DNA of 64,000 nucleotides from Escherichia coli (GTDB lineage Bacteria; Pseudomonadota; Gammaproteobacteria; Enterobacterales; Enterobacteriaceae): NCBI RefSeq assembly GCF_013122565.1, contig NZ_CP053258.1; one strand, 5' to 3'. Shown piece by piece: positions 55,203 to 64,000 of this stretch (position 1 is its first letter; each line of letters starts with the position of its first letter). The notes under the pieces were generated by a model. It saw only the letters and a program-made list of their open reading frames with translations, ran no database searches and was not told where the DNA came from. The position numbers and the translations under genes were made by a program.

Positions 55203-55226
55203 CAGGGCCCCAGTAAAGGGGCCCTG
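55203..55226 (+). other. intergenic hairpin between nanM and nanS
   Basis: cagggcccc / ggggccctg 9-bp inverted repeat with 6-nt loop, 5 nt after the nanM stop. Confidence 0.4.
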
Positions 55227-55261
55227 CTATCAATTTGTCATTTGAATTACGCGAAAATTAT

Positions 55262-56242
55262 ATGAACGCAATAATATCGCCCGATTATTACTATGTTCTT
55301 ACCGTTGCTGGTCAGTCTAATGCCATGGCGTATGGCGAAGGACTGCCATTACCGGACAGGGAAGATGCGCCTCATCCCAGAATTAAACAATTAGCGAGAT
55401 TTGCGCATACGCATCCCGGAGGCCCGTCATGTCACTTTAACGACATTATTCCACTGACTCACTGCCCACACGATGTTCAGGATATGCAGGGTTATCACCA
55501 TCCACTGGCAACGAATCATCAAACACAGTACGGCACCGTTGGGCAGGCACTGCATATTGCACGGAAATTACTGCCCTTCATTCCTGATAATGCAGGGGTT
55601 CTCATCGTTCCATGTTGTCGTGGCGGCTCGGCTTTTACCGCAGGCAGCGAAGGGACATATTCAGAACGGCACGGAGCCAGCCATGATGCTTGTCGTTGGG
55701 GAACGGATACCCCGCTCTACCAGGATTTAGTCAGCAGAACGCGAGCCGCACTGGCAAAAAATCCGCAGAACAAATTCCTCGGCGTATGCTGGATGCAAGG
55801 CGAATTTGACTTAATGACCAGTGACTACGCGTCACACTCTCAACACTTTAATCATATGGTTGAAGCCTTTCGTAGGGATCTAAAACAATACCATTCTCAG
55901 CTTAATAATATTACTTACGCGCCGTGGTTTTGCGGCGATACCACCTGGTACTGGAAAGAAAATTTCCCTCATGCGTATGAAGCTATTTATGGCAATTATC
56001 AAAATAATGTTTTAGCCAATATTATTTTCGTGGACTTCCAGCAACAAGGTGCAAAAGGGCTAACGAACGCGCCTGATGAAGACCCGGACGATTTAAGCAC
56101 GGGATATTACGGTTCAGCGTACCGGTCACCGGAGAACTGGACGACGGCACTGCGAAGCAGTCATTTCAGCTCAGCAGCCCGTCGGGGGATTATTTCTGAC
56201 AGATTTGTAGAAGCAATTTTGCAGTTTTGGCGCGATAGGTGA
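55262..56242 (+). CDS. nanS: 9-O-acetyl-N-acetylneuraminate esterase (SASA family)
   Basis: ORF 55235..56242; start MNAIISPDYYYVLTVAGQSNAM at 55262 gives 326 aa; GQSN esterase motif. Confidence 0.8.
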   Translation: MNAIISPDYYYVLTVAGQSNAMAYGEGLPLPDREDAPHPRIKQLARFAHTHPGGPSCHFNDIIPLTHCPHDVQDMQGYHHPLATNHQTQYGTVGQALHIARKLLPFIPDNAGVLIVPCCRGGSAFTAGSEGTYSERHGASHDACRWGTDTPLYQDLVSRTRAALAKNPQNKFLGVCWMQGEFDLMTSDYASHSQHFNHMVEAFRRDLKQYHSQLNNITYAPWFCGDTTWYWKENFPHAYEAIYGNYQNNVLANIIFVDFQQQGAKGLTNAPDEDPDDLSTGYYGSAYRSPENWTTALRSSHFSSAARRGIISDRFVEAILQFWRDR

Positions 56243-57277
56243 GCGTTCATTAATTTGATTTATTTGCATCCATCAGTGCTTTTAACTCCTCCGGCGTAAA
56301 CGGTGGTTTGCGTCGGTGCAACATCGCATTGCAATTAGGGCACACAGGTAGCAAAAAAACAAATGAGATCAAGGTAATATATCTTTGCTTGCAGGCTTGA
56401 ACAGCAGAAAATTTGCGAGCATGATCGCAATTATTTCACTGCCAGGGATATCAATGGCTTCCAGTAAATCGCTACAGCAGGCAATTGCCAATATAAAAAT
56501 CTGGCACAAGGGTGAACAGCGCGCGCCGCATAAGCCATTGTTATTGCTATACGTATTAGCGGGATACCTGCATGGACATCCGCGCCTTTTCGATTATTGT
56601 AGTGGAACAGTCTACGAGGATGCAGTTCGAAGTGAGTAAGTAAAGGTTGCTGGAAACGATCAATGCCGCCATACAATAATATTTGAGGATCAACAATGAG
56701 TAATAAAAATTACGAGAGTCACCGCAAAGCAATTGTTAGTAAAGGTATACCCCCCACTCTATTAAATAGGCTCACCAATTCGGATATTCAGGTGATCAAT
56801 ACCTTCTTAACACGAGTGAGCAAACTGGAACTATCTCAACAAGAGAAAGACTGGATCATAAAAATCATCTCTATGGTTTAGAGAATTTCAGCCTTGTAGC
56901 CTTTCAAGGGTTTTGTGTGGGTACAAACATTATCGAATCGGGATATAGCCGCAGCTGTAGCTGTACCCACATCAGTAAGTTGATGTAGGTTGACTTAGGT
57001 TGAGCGAAAAATAGCGAAAAGCCTTGTGTGGCGCGGATTTCAGTCACAAAAAAGACGTCCGTTGACGTCTATTGATGTTCCGATGGTGCGAAGGCCGCAC
57101 CGCTCTTTCAAATATAATTCATTGAAATTAATGTGATTTATTAACCCAAAAATCACTTTGTATACTCACATGTATACTCAGCGCGATTCTCTGAGAAATC
57201 AACAACCTGAATAATCAGTCGGTACTTTAACGCTTCACAATGTTTATAGGAATTTCAAGTAAAGACAATGCTGCATA

Positions 57278-58225
57278 TCAAGCATTCAGGATGGCTAGCG
57301 CTAAGCTCCTAAACCTGGAGTAAGCCTCATCCCATGTGATCTTTCGCTCTCCATACACCATTGGCGAAACAAACTGCTGATAGCGCATCTCGTAGAGAGG
57401 ATTGTTCGCCAACTCATCCAGTCCCATTTTTAGCTCATCAACTGGAGATGCGCAAAACTGCGGGTACTGGTTGCCGTAACGCTGAATGTCCTGCTCAATA
57501 GTTTGTTGAACAAAATCAACGAGCTGACTCATATCAACATGACTCGTCTCAACAATACAGTTTGTATCGTAGATATGACGTACCAGCGATGCATCATCAA
57601 ATCGCTCAACATCTCGCACAACTGCCGCAGTACGACGTAACATCGCCACCAGCTTTTCTGCCTGTGTGCTAATGATAGTTGCACATGGAAACGCTGAAAC
57701 AATAGCCGCTTTTCCCGTGATCCCTGTTACCAGTGAATGAATATCCCGTAATTCAGAAGGCTCCAGTAACTTCGCTTCCATCAATTCCAGCCGGATAAAA
57801 GGACGCAAACAAGGTGCCTGCACCACTCGCTGTGGATAACGAACAGGTATGTCATTATAACGATATTCATCCCGCGTCACTTTTGGGTAATCATCATCAA
57901 AATTGAACACACCCGATGAAGCTATTGCACTGGAAACTGCCTGAACAATTTCTTTACGGGTATTTTTTCGCTGAGTGCGGGAAAGTGCCTGAAATGCATC
58001 CTTAGGCACCAGTTTGATATCCACATCTTCCGACATGCGATTAAGTGCGACACCTGATTTTGCCAGAGCGGTTCCTCCGGCAAACACCAATTGATGAGTA
58101 TCGAACACCAGAGGTTTAAGCAATTGCAAAAGCTCAACGATATAGTGATCTTTTTCCACAATTGCGACAGACTCAATACCAAGCGCGTCAGCCACTTCAG
58201 AAAAAAGAGTGGTTAAATCATCCAT
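57278..58225 (-). CDS. AbiEii/AbiGii-family nucleotidyltransferase toxin (DUF1814)
   Basis: 315 aa; GGTAL motif (VFAGGTALAKSG) near the N-terminus; overlaps the upstream small gene by 8 nt. Confidence 0.75.
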   Translation of the reverse strand: MDDLTTLFSEVADALGIESVAIVEKDHYIVELLQLLKPLVFDTHQLVFAGGTALAKSGVALNRMSEDVDIKLVPKDAFQALSRTQRKNTRKEIVQAVSSAIASSGVFNFDDDYPKVTRDEYRYNDIPVRYPQRVVQAPCLRPFIRLELMEAKLLEPSELRDIHSLVTGITGKAAIVSAFPCATIISTQAEKLVAMLRRTAAVVRDVERFDDASLVRHIYDTNCIVETSHVDMSQLVDFVQQTIEQDIQRYGNQYPQFCASPVDELKMGLDELANNPLYEMRYQQFVSPMVYGERKITWDEAYSRFRSLALAILNA

Positions 58226-58613
58226 TTAATCTGCTGTTCCCTACAGATAATACGCGTTTAAAACGCCGGGGGGTTTTTATCTCGGGTGAAGCTGGGATCT
58301 GCGTAGAAGTACCGCTATTGTATGCCTGCGTTGCGCCAGCAAAACGATAGCGTACTTTCAGGCGTTCCAGCGTTTCGACAATCACCGCTGAAGAGCCTCC
58401 GGGAGCCGCTGGCATTACCTTGCCTGTAATACCGTTCCGCCGTGCTTTGGTATACACGCCATAACCAACCTTCAACAGTTGCCCTTCCCTGACAAGATCG
58501 CGCAATACCCGACCAACCTGATCGTAGCCTGCAATATCTTTAAAGTCGTCACGAGTGAATACGTAACGTTTAGAACGTTTCAGTCGTGACTGAATGCGTG
58601 CTTTTATCGTCAT
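58218..58613 (-). CDS. AbiEi-like antitoxin/transcriptional regulator
   Basis: ORF 58218..58682; preferred start MTIKARIQ at 58613 preceded by AGGAGG; immediately upstream of and overlapping the AbiEii gene. Confidence 0.55.
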   Translation of the reverse strand: MTIKARIQSRLKRSKRYVFTRDDFKDIAGYDQVGRVLRDLVREGQLLKVGYGVYTKARRNGITGKVMPAAPGGSSAVIVETLERLKVRYRFAGATQAYNSGTSTQIPASPEIKTPRRFKRVLSVGNSRLNG

Positions 58614-58682
58614 ATTCGCCTCCTGAGTCATTGCATAAAGAGTAGCAAAAATACGACATTTTAGATAGCAAACATACGACAT

Positions 58683-59540
58683 TCATTTTGCTGATAACGC
58701 TGACGGAAAGTGCTTCGCCACGATATCATTCATCTTATCCACCAGATCCAGTCGCTTGAATGTGATATGCCCACTGCCCTTCTGAAAGTAGCGAATAGTG
58801 AATAACTCATCTTCGAAAATCTGCTGATGCGGATTATCGCGCACAAAATCCATAAACCGGATGGAGACATCATGCCGGTTATCGGGGATAGGTTTGCCAT
58901 CCAGCAAATAGAGCATACGCTCCAGATCGGCAAGCTGATCTCGCCGCCAGCCCCAGTTCAGGCTGTAGCCCCATCTGTCATGCTTCACCAGATTGTTAAC
59001 GATAATCTTCTTACCGAAATAACAGGGATTATTGGTTTTGTAGTCCCAGCTCAATCCCTTAAATACATTGATAATCCCACGTTCGAAAACATCCTGCTTA
59101 TTGTGGTGAAGTTGTTCAAAGGTACTCAGGATGTTGGCTTCGCTAATCGCCGGGAGATCACCCTCCTCCAGATTCTTTGCCCACTGACTGCGAGCTTCGG
59201 CATCCATCAGAGTCAGCATCCCAGACTTCAGCATGAGATCGCGCCAGATGCTGCGATCGATATTTCGGGTGATCACCGGCATGGCTTTATCCACCGGCTG
59301 CACCAGCCAGCAGTCGAAGGAATGGCCCTGACGCATCGCCCAATGCTCCGCCACATCACCACCGATGCTGGAGGTTAGCCGTGAGATATCATCAAGCTTA
59401 TGGATCAGGATTTCTATCAGACTCAACGCAGCATCACGACCCGTCACGATACGCTCAACATTGGTCGAGCAAATTAGCTCGTTATGATCGGTTAAGACTT
59501 CAGCTTCTGTTTGCATAATCTTTTGTCCGTGTAAAAGCAA
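58683..59540 (-). CDS. DUF4942-like protein commonly found downstream of cbtA-type toxins
   Basis: 285-aa ORF; assignment by position and recollection only. Confidence 0.45.
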   Translation of the reverse strand: MLLHGQKIMQTEAEVLTDHNELICSTNVERIVTGRDAALSLIEILIHKLDDISRLTSSIGGDVAEHWAMRQGHSFDCWLVQPVDKAMPVITRNIDRSIWRDLMLKSGMLTLMDAEARSQWAKNLEEGDLPAISEANILSTFEQLHHNKQDVFERGIINVFKGLSWDYKTNNPCYFGKKIIVNNLVKHDRWGYSLNWGWRRDQLADLERMLYLLDGKPIPDNRHDVSIRFMDFVRDNPHQQIFEDELFTIRYFQKGSGHITFKRLDLVDKMNDIVAKHFPSALSAK

Positions 59541-59630
59541 ATGCGCCAGCCATGAACAGCAGGCGCATTATGCAGGGAGTTATGAGGGAAGTAATTTTGG
59601 CGATGTAAATCGGGAAGGAGACTTGCAGAT

Positions 59631-59972
59631 TCACCGTGCCGTGGTGTTATAGCAGCGGCGCAGCAGACCTGTAGCCTGCCGCGCCCGCAAAATATCGACC
59701 GCACGAAGATAAGGCGTCTGTTCCTGCCAGCTAAATCCTTTCCTGTCGATACGGATCAATTCGTACTTCTCCACCAGAAAATTGACGGCATCGACCAGAG
59801 TGATCCCGGCGTCTATGTGTTCCTGAATCACCTTTTCATTGTTGAATGGTGTGTCATTAAGATTCAGCCCGTAGTGCTGCTCCAGCAGGCGGGTCAGTAA
59901 TGTTTGCCAGACCACGATGGGCGACAGATATGACGTCGTCGCCCGCAGCGTCGTTGCAGGAATAATTTTCAT
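59631..59972 (-). CDS. cbtA: CbtA/YeeV/YkfI-family toxin (cytoskeleton-binding, type IV TA)
   Basis: 113 aa; LLxRLLxQHYGLxLNDTPF and [10 protein letters not shown] motifs match the YeeV family. Confidence 0.8.
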   Translation of the reverse strand: MKIIPATTLRATTSYLSPIVVWQTLLTRLLEQHYGLNLNDTPFNNEKVIQEHIDAGITLVDAVNFLVEKYELIRIDRKGFSWQEQTPYLRAVDILRARQATGLLRRCYNTTAR

Positions 59973-60002
59973 AACGATGTTCCGTATTAAGGAGGTTAAA
60001 AC

Positions 60003-60338
60003 TCAGCGTTGAGTGGGATAAATAGCGATATAGACGTAACCACAGGAACCCAGCGTATCGGCTTCGCAGGTTAGTCCTTTGGCGTATAGCGTGACGGTAC
60101 GTTGTTGGCAGGGGGAGAGTTCACCGTCAGCCAGTTTCAGCTCCAGTTGTTTCATCAGCACCGGAAAAGCCTGGTCGATATGCAGCAGATCCGGGGAGCT
60201 GAATTTCCCGGTGATTGCGGCCCGATCAGCCAGGTAATGCAGGTTATGTCTTTCCTGTACCAGTCGAGCAGTGAAGCGTGGTGTTACGGTACAGGGAAGC
60301 CCCCATTCTTGTTGCATGACCTTGTCCTTTTGCAGCAT
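60003..60338 (-). CDS. cbeA: CbeA/YeeU-family antitoxin
   Basis: 111 aa; WGLPCTVTPRFTARLVQ...TVTLYAKGLTCEADTLGSCGYVYIAIYPT matches YeeU/YfjZ. Confidence 0.8.
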   Translation of the reverse strand: MLQKDKVMQQEWGLPCTVTPRFTARLVQERHNLHYLADRAAITGKFSSPDLLHIDQAFPVLMKQLELKLADGELSPCQQRTVTLYAKGLTCEADTLGSCGYVYIAIYPTQR

Positions 60339-60811
60339 TACAGCCAGCCCCGTTCGGCAAAAGAGAGGACATCCCCCGCCCCAATAATGAAATGATCCAG
60401 CACCCTCACTTTCACCAAATCCAGTGTCTTAACAATATTCGTTGTAATAAGTCTGTCGGCCCGACTGGGTTCCGTCACGCCGGAGGGATGGTTATGCGCA
60501 AGGATCACTGCTGCGGCATTGTGCCGTAGCGCAGATTTCACAATCTCACGGGGATGTACTTCTGTGCTGTTAATCGTGCCGAGAAATAGCGTTTCGTGTT
60601 CCAGCAGTCGGTTCTGGTTATCGAGGTAGAGCACAACAAACATTTCCCGCTCCTGTCGTGCCAGATGCAGTTGCAGCCAGGTTTTTGTGGAGTCAGAGGA
60701 AAGAAAAGATTCGCCAGGATTTCGTTGATATTTCTCCAGCAGACGCATCGCACGGCGGATAACGCGTTGTTCACTCACCGAAAATACCGGTGTTAGCATC
60801 AGTTCAGACAT
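60338..60811 (-). CDS. RadC-like JAB-domain protein (YeeS/YfjY family)
   Basis: 157 aa; JAMM motif ILAHNHPSG. Confidence 0.85.
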   Translation of the reverse strand: MSELMLTPVFSVSEQRVIRRAMRLLEKYQRNPGESFLSSDSTKTWLQLHLARQEREMFVVLYLDNQNRLLEHETLFLGTINSTEVHPREIVKSALRHNAAAVILAHNHPSGVTEPSRADRLITTNIVKTLDLVKVRVLDHFIIGAGDVLSFAERGWL

Positions 60812-60840
60812 TGTGTTTCCTTTACTATTAATAGCGTTGT

Positions 60841-61659
60841 TTATGAGGCCAGTTGCAACATGTTTTCAGCCATCACCCACAGGGCGCGGTTGAGCCTGAC
60901 ATCGCCGTCGATGCCTTTAATGGCGCGGGTGTGCGTGCGACCACCTTTTGCCGTCCGCCCGTTTAAACCACCTTTGATCAGGTTCTCCTGAATTCGCTGG
61001 TAGGTCGTCCACAGATCGCCGGATTCATCCTGCCAGCGGCGCGGAGCCAGCAACTGGGATTCCGTCACTGGCTGGTACTCTTCGCCAAAGCGGTACGTCA
61101 GCGCCGCCTTTGCCAGCGCCTGTTGCGCAGGGGGAGGCAGCATCAGCGACTGCATGGCATCGCGTTTCTCTTCAACCTGGTCAAAAACACTGAGGACTTC
61201 ATAAGCGCCTTCAATCACTTTCTCCACCACATTGCCTTTATGCGGTACTCGTACTTCACCAAACGACTCGCCGCAGACCAGTCCGTTACAACAAACAGAA
61301 CGGAACAGCCCTGGCAGCATCTGATAAGAACTGGAACCGTCATGGCTGTTGAGCAGAATAATTTCCGGCACCTGGTTGCGATTGATCTGGTCTTCCCGGC
61401 GCAGACGCAGCATGTGTTTTGTATGCTCACGTTTACCCACATCACGAACACGGGTCTGGCAGGCAAAGAAAGGATGAAATCCTTCACGCTGGAGGTTATC
61501 GAGCAGGGTAATGGTGGGAATATAGGTATAGCGTTCGCTGCGTGATTCGTGCTTATTTTCCCCGAATACGCTGGGGACATACTGCATCAATTCGTCATGC
61601 GTTAATGGGCGATCGCGACGGATTTGATTTACGCGGCCAAAGCGGCTGGCTAAGTTCAT
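60841..61659 (-). CDS. DUF932 protein (YafZ/YfjQ family)
   Basis: 272 aa; size and sequence match CP4 prophage DUF932 proteins. Confidence 0.7.
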   Translation of the reverse strand: MNLASRFGRVNQIRRDRPLTHDELMQYVPSVFGENKHESRSERYTYIPTITLLDNLQREGFHPFFACQTRVRDVGKREHTKHMLRLRREDQINRNQVPEIILLNSHDGSSSYQMLPGLFRSVCCNGLVCGESFGEVRVPHKGNVVEKVIEGAYEVLSVFDQVEEKRDAMQSLMLPPPAQQALAKAALTYRFGEEYQPVTESQLLAPRRWQDESGDLWTTYQRIQENLIKGGLNGRTAKGGRTHTRAIKGIDGDVRLNRALWVMAENMLQLAS

Positions 61660-61895
61660 GGTAAATGCCTTAATAAAGAATATAAAAAACAGGGCCGCAG
61701 CTTCTGAAAAATTGCGGCTAATTTAATGCGTGATTAAAACGGACGGTAGTATAGGTGGGATAAAATAACAGGTACGTGCAGATATTAAATTACATTCCGG
61801 CAGTGCATATATGAAAGTGATATAGTGCTGAAATAATACATATCTGAATTCTCCCGGTGATAGTCACCGGGAGAATTTAAGTTTGAAATGACACC

Positions 61896-62849
61896 TCAAC
61901 CACGGGATAATCTTGTTTCTATTCCCTGAACTCTTTCGTCTATTAACCTTTCAATAACAGATATTTTATCTGACTTGTAAAATTCAACCAGAAAATCCAG
62001 ACGCTCTTTATGCGTATCACTGATAGACTCCCGTTCCCGTTTTTCAGAAAGTTTACGTCTGAAGTTTTTTTGGTAAAACGCTTTATTTAATTTCTTTACC
62101 GCTTTCTGCTGGAGATCATCATTCGCTGACCATAAATCCAGCATGGCATAAACGGCGTGATAGGTTTCTACACTATTCAGTGGTTCCGGGATCTGAACGG
62201 GGTCCAACTGGCTTCCTGTATTACTACCGTGCTCTTTCTGGAATTTATTAATGTAATTATAAGCCCATATCCAGACTTCGTCATTATCCTCATTAAGCCA
62301 GCGTAATTTTATTCTCTGATGTTCATTTGCCCTCCAGAATACAAGCCTCTCATATAGCCACTGTCTCATCAACGGTGCCTGATTAGTCTCAATATTAATA
62401 TAGTCCAGTAATGCAACGATGATTGAGTATCTTTCGCTATGGCTTGCAGGAGAATCTGTTATTCCGGCTTTCTGATACCAGTTAATGTTTAAATTTGTGC
62501 CCAGCTTTTCGTTAATTGACTCCATACAGCGGTAATCAAGACACATCACGCCCCATAGCCAGAACGTCGCTCTTTCATTTTCTTTTAACCAACTAAAATA
62601 TTTCTCCGGCAGAAGCATCGTATTAATCGACAGCTCCAGTGAGCGAATAAAATTACTTCGCTGAATGGGATCGGGATACCCGGCCTCGAGGGCTGTATTA
62701 ATAATTCTCTCCGAAAGAGATGTATCTGGATTGTTCCCGTCAAACGCAAATTGATTTGCTCCCTGAATGTTTTTCCTGATGTACCAGAAAAGAAACCTGC
62801 TGGTTCGGATGTCCTTCACTGCTATTGATGAGCGCACATTAACGGCCAT
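61896..62849 (-). CDS. hypothetical protein, element cargo
   Basis: 317-aa W-rich ORF with no motif I can assign; lies in the variable slot between the YagK-like and DUF932 genes. Confidence 0.5.
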   Translation of the reverse strand: MAVNVRSSIAVKDIRTSRFLFWYIRKNIQGANQFAFDGNNPDTSLSERIINTALEAGYPDPIQRSNFIRSLELSINTMLLPEKYFSWLKENERATFWLWGVMCLDYRCMESINEKLGTNLNINWYQKAGITDSPASHSERYSIIVALLDYINIETNQAPLMRQWLYERLVFWRANEHQRIKLRWLNEDNDEVWIWAYNYINKFQKEHGSNTGSQLDPVQIPEPLNSVETYHAVYAMLDLWSANDDLQQKAVKKLNKAFYQKNFRRKLSEKRERESISDTHKERLDFLVEFYKSDKISVIERLIDERVQGIETRLSRG

Positions 62850-63440
62850 TGTTCTACCTCGTCATCCTTGTTAAATCAGCAAAAAGCAATAGCGTAATTA
62901 TGACGTGTTTTCGAAGTAAAACCGTAGCAATAAATCAATAAAAGTGGAAAACAAGTAGTAATATCGTGTTATTCCATAGTAATAGAGTACCATTAACGTA
63001 GTTTTTTATTTATCACCATACTCACAGCTTCCGCCCGTAGAAAACGGCTGGATAGTCTTAAATTTTTCCACGTATAGCCCTGGTGGCTTTACGGGTGAAA
63101 CCTCCCAGGATAACGAGTTGACATCTGGAAGATGTCATTCATGATCGCAACTCATAGATTAGATCAATGTATTAATTATAACTTAAGAGTGAAATTCTTT
63201 ATCTTCAGGAACAGATAATTAACTACGAACACCAGTAAATACCGGGCTTCTACTCTTTTTATCACCCTTTCTTTATGAATCAACATTGCCGGTATTAATA
63301 TTATGTTTATCACTCATTCATTAGATTCAGCATATAGAGGGATGACACCAGAGACAGGGAAAAGTAATCCAGATCGGCATAGCTCAGTGAAAAGTTACTA
63401 CAGCACTTATGGATATGTAACCAACCACAAGGAACTGAAG

Positions 63441-64000
63441 CATGAAACTGAATGAACGATATGGCAAGCCTAATGCACACTATATGAAACGTCTGGAAGA
63501 GATTACTCGCTATGCGATGGAGGATTACGCCAGAATACTGGCTTTCAGAGTGGATTTATTACTGCCAGTGGGTAATAGCCATAAAGGGTATGATTCAGCG
63601 GTTATTACCCGTTTTATAGCCTCACTGAAAGCACAGATAGCCGCATATTTACAACGGCGCAGGAGAGACGGTAAACGTGTTTACCCCTGTAAGCTGCGAT
63701 ATGCATGGGTAAGAGAATTTGGCGAACTGAATGGCAACAAGCATTATCACATGCTGTTGTTGGTTAATCGGGAAGTATTCAGGAACACCATGCTGAATAC
63801 GGAGAATTCAGCGCAACCTCGCGGATTGCTGGTGGGAATGGTGGCGCGTGCATGGGCTGTGGCGCTTAGACGTACCGGAGATATGGCAAATAAAGCCCCC
63901 TTTCATTTACCGGGCGTCTCTTATGAACTGGACCGCAGAAATGGCACAAATACGGACTTTTTCCGCAGCTACATATACCACATCAGTTATCTGGCGAAGG
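63441..64000 (+). CDS. YagK/YfjJ-family protein (inovirus Gp2-like), 3' end beyond the window
   Basis: Own translation from the ATG at 63441 (MKLNERYGKPNAHYMKRLEEITRYA...) stays open to the window end; resembles CP4 prophage YfjJ/YagK. Confidence 0.55.

Larger units (their letters stand above)
56243..64000. mobile_element. end of a prophage-like integrative element (CP4/KpLE2-type remnant) carrying TA and Abi modules; extends beyond the window
   Basis: Gene set YagK-like / DUF932 / RadC-like / CbeA / CbtA is the signature of E. coli CP4-type cryptic prophages; position beside nanS matches where KpLE2 ends in K-12. Confidence 0.6.

Overview
Escherichia-type chromosomal segment (E. coli-like core genes) read from sequence and the supplied ORF track; all family assignments rest on motifs I recognise, since no database search could be run. 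Left third (1-22.9 kb) is conserved backbone: yjiN C-terminus, yjiM-yjiL, a pentapeptide-repeat gene, yjiK, yjiJ, a 1746-aa inverse-autotransporter adhesin, kptA, yjiH-yjiG-iadA, hypT, iraD, yjiC and uxuR-uxuB-uxuA. Where K-12-type genomes carry gntP, the fim operon and nanC, this window has a roughly 30-kb phage-defence island (24.0-53.9 kb) with three tightly packed modules: (i) a DISARM class-1-like operon of SNF2 helicase, N6-adenine methyltransferase, a 2113-aa fused helicase/Zn-ribbon protein and a UvrD-like helicase; (ii) Druantia type III (druH-druE); (iii) Zorya type II (zorA-zorB-zorE), divergent from druH. The DISARM-like operon has an atypical gene content (fused DrmA/DrmB-like protein, no PLD nuclease, an extra UvrD-like helicase) and is the best candidate for an undescribed variant. 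The island is followed by nanM-nanS and then the end of a prophage-like integrative element (AbiEi/AbiEii, DUF4942, CbtA/CbeA, RadC-like, DUF932, an unassigned 317-aa gene, YagK-like). No rRNA, tRNA or CRISPR array was recognised.
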